Assembly (NCBI GenBank): GCA_964247055.1 | Contig: CAXTSY010000021.1 | Location: 1-18,591, forward strand | DNA from: Paragordius varius | Taxonomy: Eukaryota > Animalia > Nematomorpha | Direction of reading: 5' to 3' | Length of the DNA stretch: 18,591 bases | Shown here: piece after piece, positions 15,061 to 18,591 of the stretch | How positions within the stretch are numbered: position 1 is the first letter of the stretch | Layout of the letters: each line of letters opens with the position of its first letter | The notes under the pieces: model-generated | Seen by the model: the letters and a program-made list of their open reading frames with translations, nothing else | What the model was told of the DNA's origin: nothing | The model's database searches: none | Position numbers and translations under genes: made by a program

Positions 15061-15180
15061 ACAGTGGCGTATAAGTATAAAAAACTTTGATTTCAATTAA
15101 AAGAGCAAATTATGGTAAAACATTGGGAATATATATTGTTTAATTTACACCATTTTTTGTTTTTTGCCATACGCTACTGT
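15061..15180. other. ~120-bp imperfect inverted repeat / hairpin (possible MITE remnant or structured RNA)
   Basis: ACAGTGGCGTAT (15061-15072) pairs with ATACGCTACTGT (15169-15180), with one G:T wobble; inner ATGGT/ACCAT and AAACA/TGTTT stems. Confidence 0.45.
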
Positions 15181-15459
15181 TGTTTCGTAAAAAATGTGTT
15201 TTATAAAGTTAATTTTTTGTATTTTTCAAAAAGACAATGAATGAATTAAAAATATATAGTTTTAAAACAGCTGATCAATCAATGTGTGCGATAAACACAA
15301 AATTTAAGTAATTAACCAAAAAAATTTAACATTAAAGTAAAATATAAAAAAAATAAATATAAAAATAATAATAAATTTTTTTTGGAAATTAACCTAAAAA
15401 TTTATCAAGTTATTATCGTGAATTAATGCGTGCTAGATTAGTATATCTTATGTTTAAAA

Positions 15460-15670
15460 GTTATCATTAATCATATGTTTTATCATCTGACTGAATGAAT
15501 GAGCGCTAACATGGTTATTATATAAGCGATATGTAAAACAGTTGTTTAATGAATGAATGTATGTTATCATTAATCATATGTTTTATCATTCGATTGAATA
15601 AATGAGCGCTAACATTATCATATAAAGTAGTAAAACAGGTGTTTAATGAATGAATGAATGTGAGCTAACA
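15460..15670 (+). repeat. 103-bp tandem duplication containing CATATG, GAGCGCTAAC and CAG(T/G)TG-TTTAATGAATGAATG
   Basis: GTTATCATTAATCATATGTTTTATCAT at 15460 and 15563. Confidence 0.9.
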
Positions 15671-16383
15671 TAATTTATGTTAAAAAACTAAATTTTATAA
15701 AACCAGGTGATTTTATGATTGTGAGATTGAATGTAGTGTGTAAAAACTTTTATTAAATTAGTGGTTAATGAAAATAATTATCCAAAGAGGATTAAAATTT
15801 AAACAAAGAGAAAAGTAATGAAAAATCAGGTGATCTTGAGTTATTCAATGAATGAATGCGTAAATAGCAATTTGAATTTAACGGAGAATTGTGTTTAAAA
15901 TTTGAATTTATGTAAGTATATGAAGTTTTGGATTAATTGAGTTAAAAACAGCTGCTGTTTAAATAATCATTTCATTTATGCCTATATATTTTAATTCAAA
16001 AATAGGTGATTACGTGAATGAACATATAATTTGTTTAAATCATCATTTCAACAGTTTTGATTTAATTTAAATTGATTTTAATAAATGAAAAATTTGTTTA
16101 GCACCAAAATTTTAATTTAAAACTAAAAGAATATATATTTTTCTATTAATTTATCCTGATTTCCTTAAAATCAGGTGATTTTATAATGTAATTTTAAAAA
16201 GGACAATAAAAAAATTTATATAAAAAATTATTAATTATAAATTGAAATTTATATATGTTTTATTTTCTTTGTATTTTTCCCAGAAAAATAGGTGACCAGG
16301 TGAATGAACTGAAATTTTCTTTTATTATCTGTCAATAAAAAAAAATTAATATTTAACCTTTAAATTTTATAATTATAATTTTT

Positions 16384-16424
<41 letters not shown>

Positions 16425-17695
16425 ATTTTTATATAAACAGGTGGTCACGTGAATGAAACGAAGTTTTGATTAAAAAAATACATAAACAAAACATTTATTA
16501 GTTTATTTTGTAAAATATATTAATTATTTAAAATAAAAAATTAAATTTAAAATTGGATGTTATATATATATAATATTATATACATATATATTTTATTAAT
16601 TTTCTTTAAAAACAGGTCATCAGATAAATACTGCTGATATATATGATTTTATTTAATTTTTAAAAAATAATAATATTTCAAATATTTTTAAAAAATAAAA
16701 AAAATTATTATATATAATTTATAATATTTCATTATTTTTCCTTCCCTAAAAACAGGTGATCACATGATGAACCAGTCGGACAGTCATTTAATTTAGATTT
16801 AAAAATAATATTTTAAATATTTTTAAAAACTTAAAATAAAAATTTTCCATTATTAATAATTTAGATGTTAATCTAAATTATCAAATTAATTATTTTCATT
16901 TATTTTTTCTTCCTGAATAAATTACGGCGAACAGTCATTTTATTAAAATTAAATAATAAAAAAATAATAAAATTTCAATATTTTTAAAAAAATTTTAAAT
17001 AAAAATCCAACAATACTAATAGTTTATATAATAATATAATAATTCAAATTAATTATTTTAAATTTTACCATATTAATTATTTTGAATTTTAAATTATTTT
17101 TTATAAATTTTTCTTCCCCAAAAACAGTTGATCAGATAAATGCTGATATATAATTTTGTTTAATTTTTAAAAAATGATTAAATAATCATTAAAAAAATTT
17201 AATATAAAAATATATTAATATTTTAATGGTATTTTATCATATTAATTATTCTAATATATATATATTTCATTTATTTACTCCTAAAAACAGCTGATCACAT
17301 GAATGAACCACGTCGGACAGTCATGTTATTAAGATAAATAAATAACAAAATTTCAATATTTGTAAAAAAAATCTTACAATATTAATTGTTTAATGATAAT
17401 TTACATTATCAAATTAATTATTTTAAATTATAAAATTAATATATTTTAGAATTTTTTATTTTAAAAACAGGTGATCGCATGAATAAACCCCGTCAGACAC
17501 TCATTTAATTAAAAATAAATAATAAAAAAAATTAAATTTTCCAAAAAAACTTATAATAAAAATATCATATCAATAATTTTATGATAAATTCTTAAAAAAT
17601 AAAATTCATTATTTAATTTATATATATTAAATATTTAACTTATTTTCCCTAAAATCAGGTGTTCACATGAATGAACCACGTCGGATAGTCATGTT
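15630..17695 (+). repeat. Array of GC-richer motif islands (consensus AAAACAGGTGATCACATGAATGAACCACGTCGGACAGTCAT) in AT linkers, mean spacing ~165 bp
   Basis: Islands at 16003, 16172, 16289, 16438, 16613, 16753, ~16912, 17125, 17288, 17468, 17656, plus looser copies at 15635-15950. Confidence 0.85.
16391..16416. repeat. (AT)n microsatellite
   Basis: Directly visible. Confidence 0.9.
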
Positions 17696-17934
17696 AGGAT
17701 GTTTTAAAAATACTTTAGCATAAAAATGGGTATAAAATTACCCTAAAATGTTTCTATATATATAAAAATATAAATTTAAATAGTTTTAATATTAAACGAG
17801 TTAATTTAATTTATATATATATATATAGGATGTTTTAAAAATACTTAATAAGTATAAAAATGGGGTATAAATTACCCTAAAATGTTATCTATATATAAAT
17901 ATATTATAAAATTAAATGATATTAAACGAGCTAA

Positions 17935-17965
<31 letters not shown>

Positions 17966-18591
17966 GGATATTTTAAAAATGCTTAAAAAGCATAAAAAAT
18001 GCATTGGGGTATAAAATTACCCTAAAATGTCATTGCATATATAAAAAATATTATAAAAATAAATGGTTGAAATTTTATTCAAATTCATCCCCTTAAATAA
18101 TTCAAATTCACCCTAAAAAATAAATAACATGTTTTTTAGGATTAAAAATTACCTATATTTTAGTATATTTTTAAAAATAAAATTTTGTTTTAAATTAAAA
18201 TAATACTTGAAAAAAATAATTAATTATGCCATAAAGATATATTTTATATTAATAATGAATTATATTATAGTTCAAAAACATTTAATTTATTTTTAGGGTC
18301 AATTTTTGTTCAAAGGTGAATTTGAATTGAAATGGTATATATAGGATCTTTTAAAAATATTTTAGCATAAATTACCCTAAAATGTCATCTATATAGAAAA
18401 ATAATAAAATTAAATGGTTAAAATTTTATGTAATATATATATATATATTATAAATATAAATATATATATATATTATATATATATAGGATGTTTTAAAAAT
18501 ACTTAATAAGCATAAAAATGCATAAATGGGGTATAAAATTACCCTAAAATGTTATCGCATATATATAGAAAATTTATAATTTAATGTTTAA
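17695..18591 (+). repeat. ~130-145 bp tandem repeat (>=5 units) with TAGGAT(G)TTTTAAAAAT, GGGTATAAAATTACCCTAAAATG and (TA)n; runs off the window end
   Basis: TAGGAT landmark at ~17695, 17826, 17964, 18342, 18484; TACCCTAAAATG at ~17739, 17873, 18018, 18373, 18540. Confidence 0.88.
18068..18330. mobile_element. Putative MITE-like insertion (~230-260 bp) with inverted ends, inside the 135-bp array
   Basis: Perfect 14-bp inverted repeat AATTCAAATTCACC (18099-18112) / GGTGAATTTGAATT (18315-18328). The host unit spacing jumps from ~140 to ~377 bp here. A second copy lies at ~12550-12740. Target-site duplication is not certain. Confidence 0.55.

Noticed and set aside
14895-15090. TATA-like (14895) + TCAGT initiator-like (14926) + 22-codon ORF from ATG 15022
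   Set aside because: Such motifs are expected by chance at this AT content, and the peptide (MAKNLVINFTKKITVAYKYKKL) has no supporting features. CAGE or Ribo-seq would be needed.
17739-18550. Telomeric CCCTAA/CCCTAAA
   Set aside because: Only single copies per unit, as part of a hairpin arm; never tandem.

Overview
Extremely AT-rich, almost entirely non-coding DNA (GC roughly 10-15%, estimated by eye, not computed), most likely eukaryotic. The organism cannot be assigned from the sequence. Only one credible coding segment is present (minus strand, 1749/1829-2327): a Cys- and Arg-free, Asn/Gln-rich protein with four ~30-aa repeats (core NSNxVFESKDGGFIT). All other ORFs in the track are translations of (AAT)n. 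The rest is a patchwork of tandem arrays. (1) Two ~29-bp-spaced GCAGACGA arrays in opposite orientation (1-1245 and ~12800-14520). (2) A central 5.9-kb composite satellite (4408-10306) of 18 units, each a conserved ~130-140-bp cassette plus an (AAT)n tract of 5 to ~420 triplets. (3) Two oppositely oriented arrays built on CAGGTG + ATGAATGAA (~10490-12550 and ~15630-17695). (4) A ~135-bp array with a GGGTA-N6-TACCC hairpin (17695-18591), interrupted by a small inverted-repeat-bounded element that also occurs at ~12550-12740. No rRNA, tRNA, transposase or CRISPR was recognised. All counts were made by hand.
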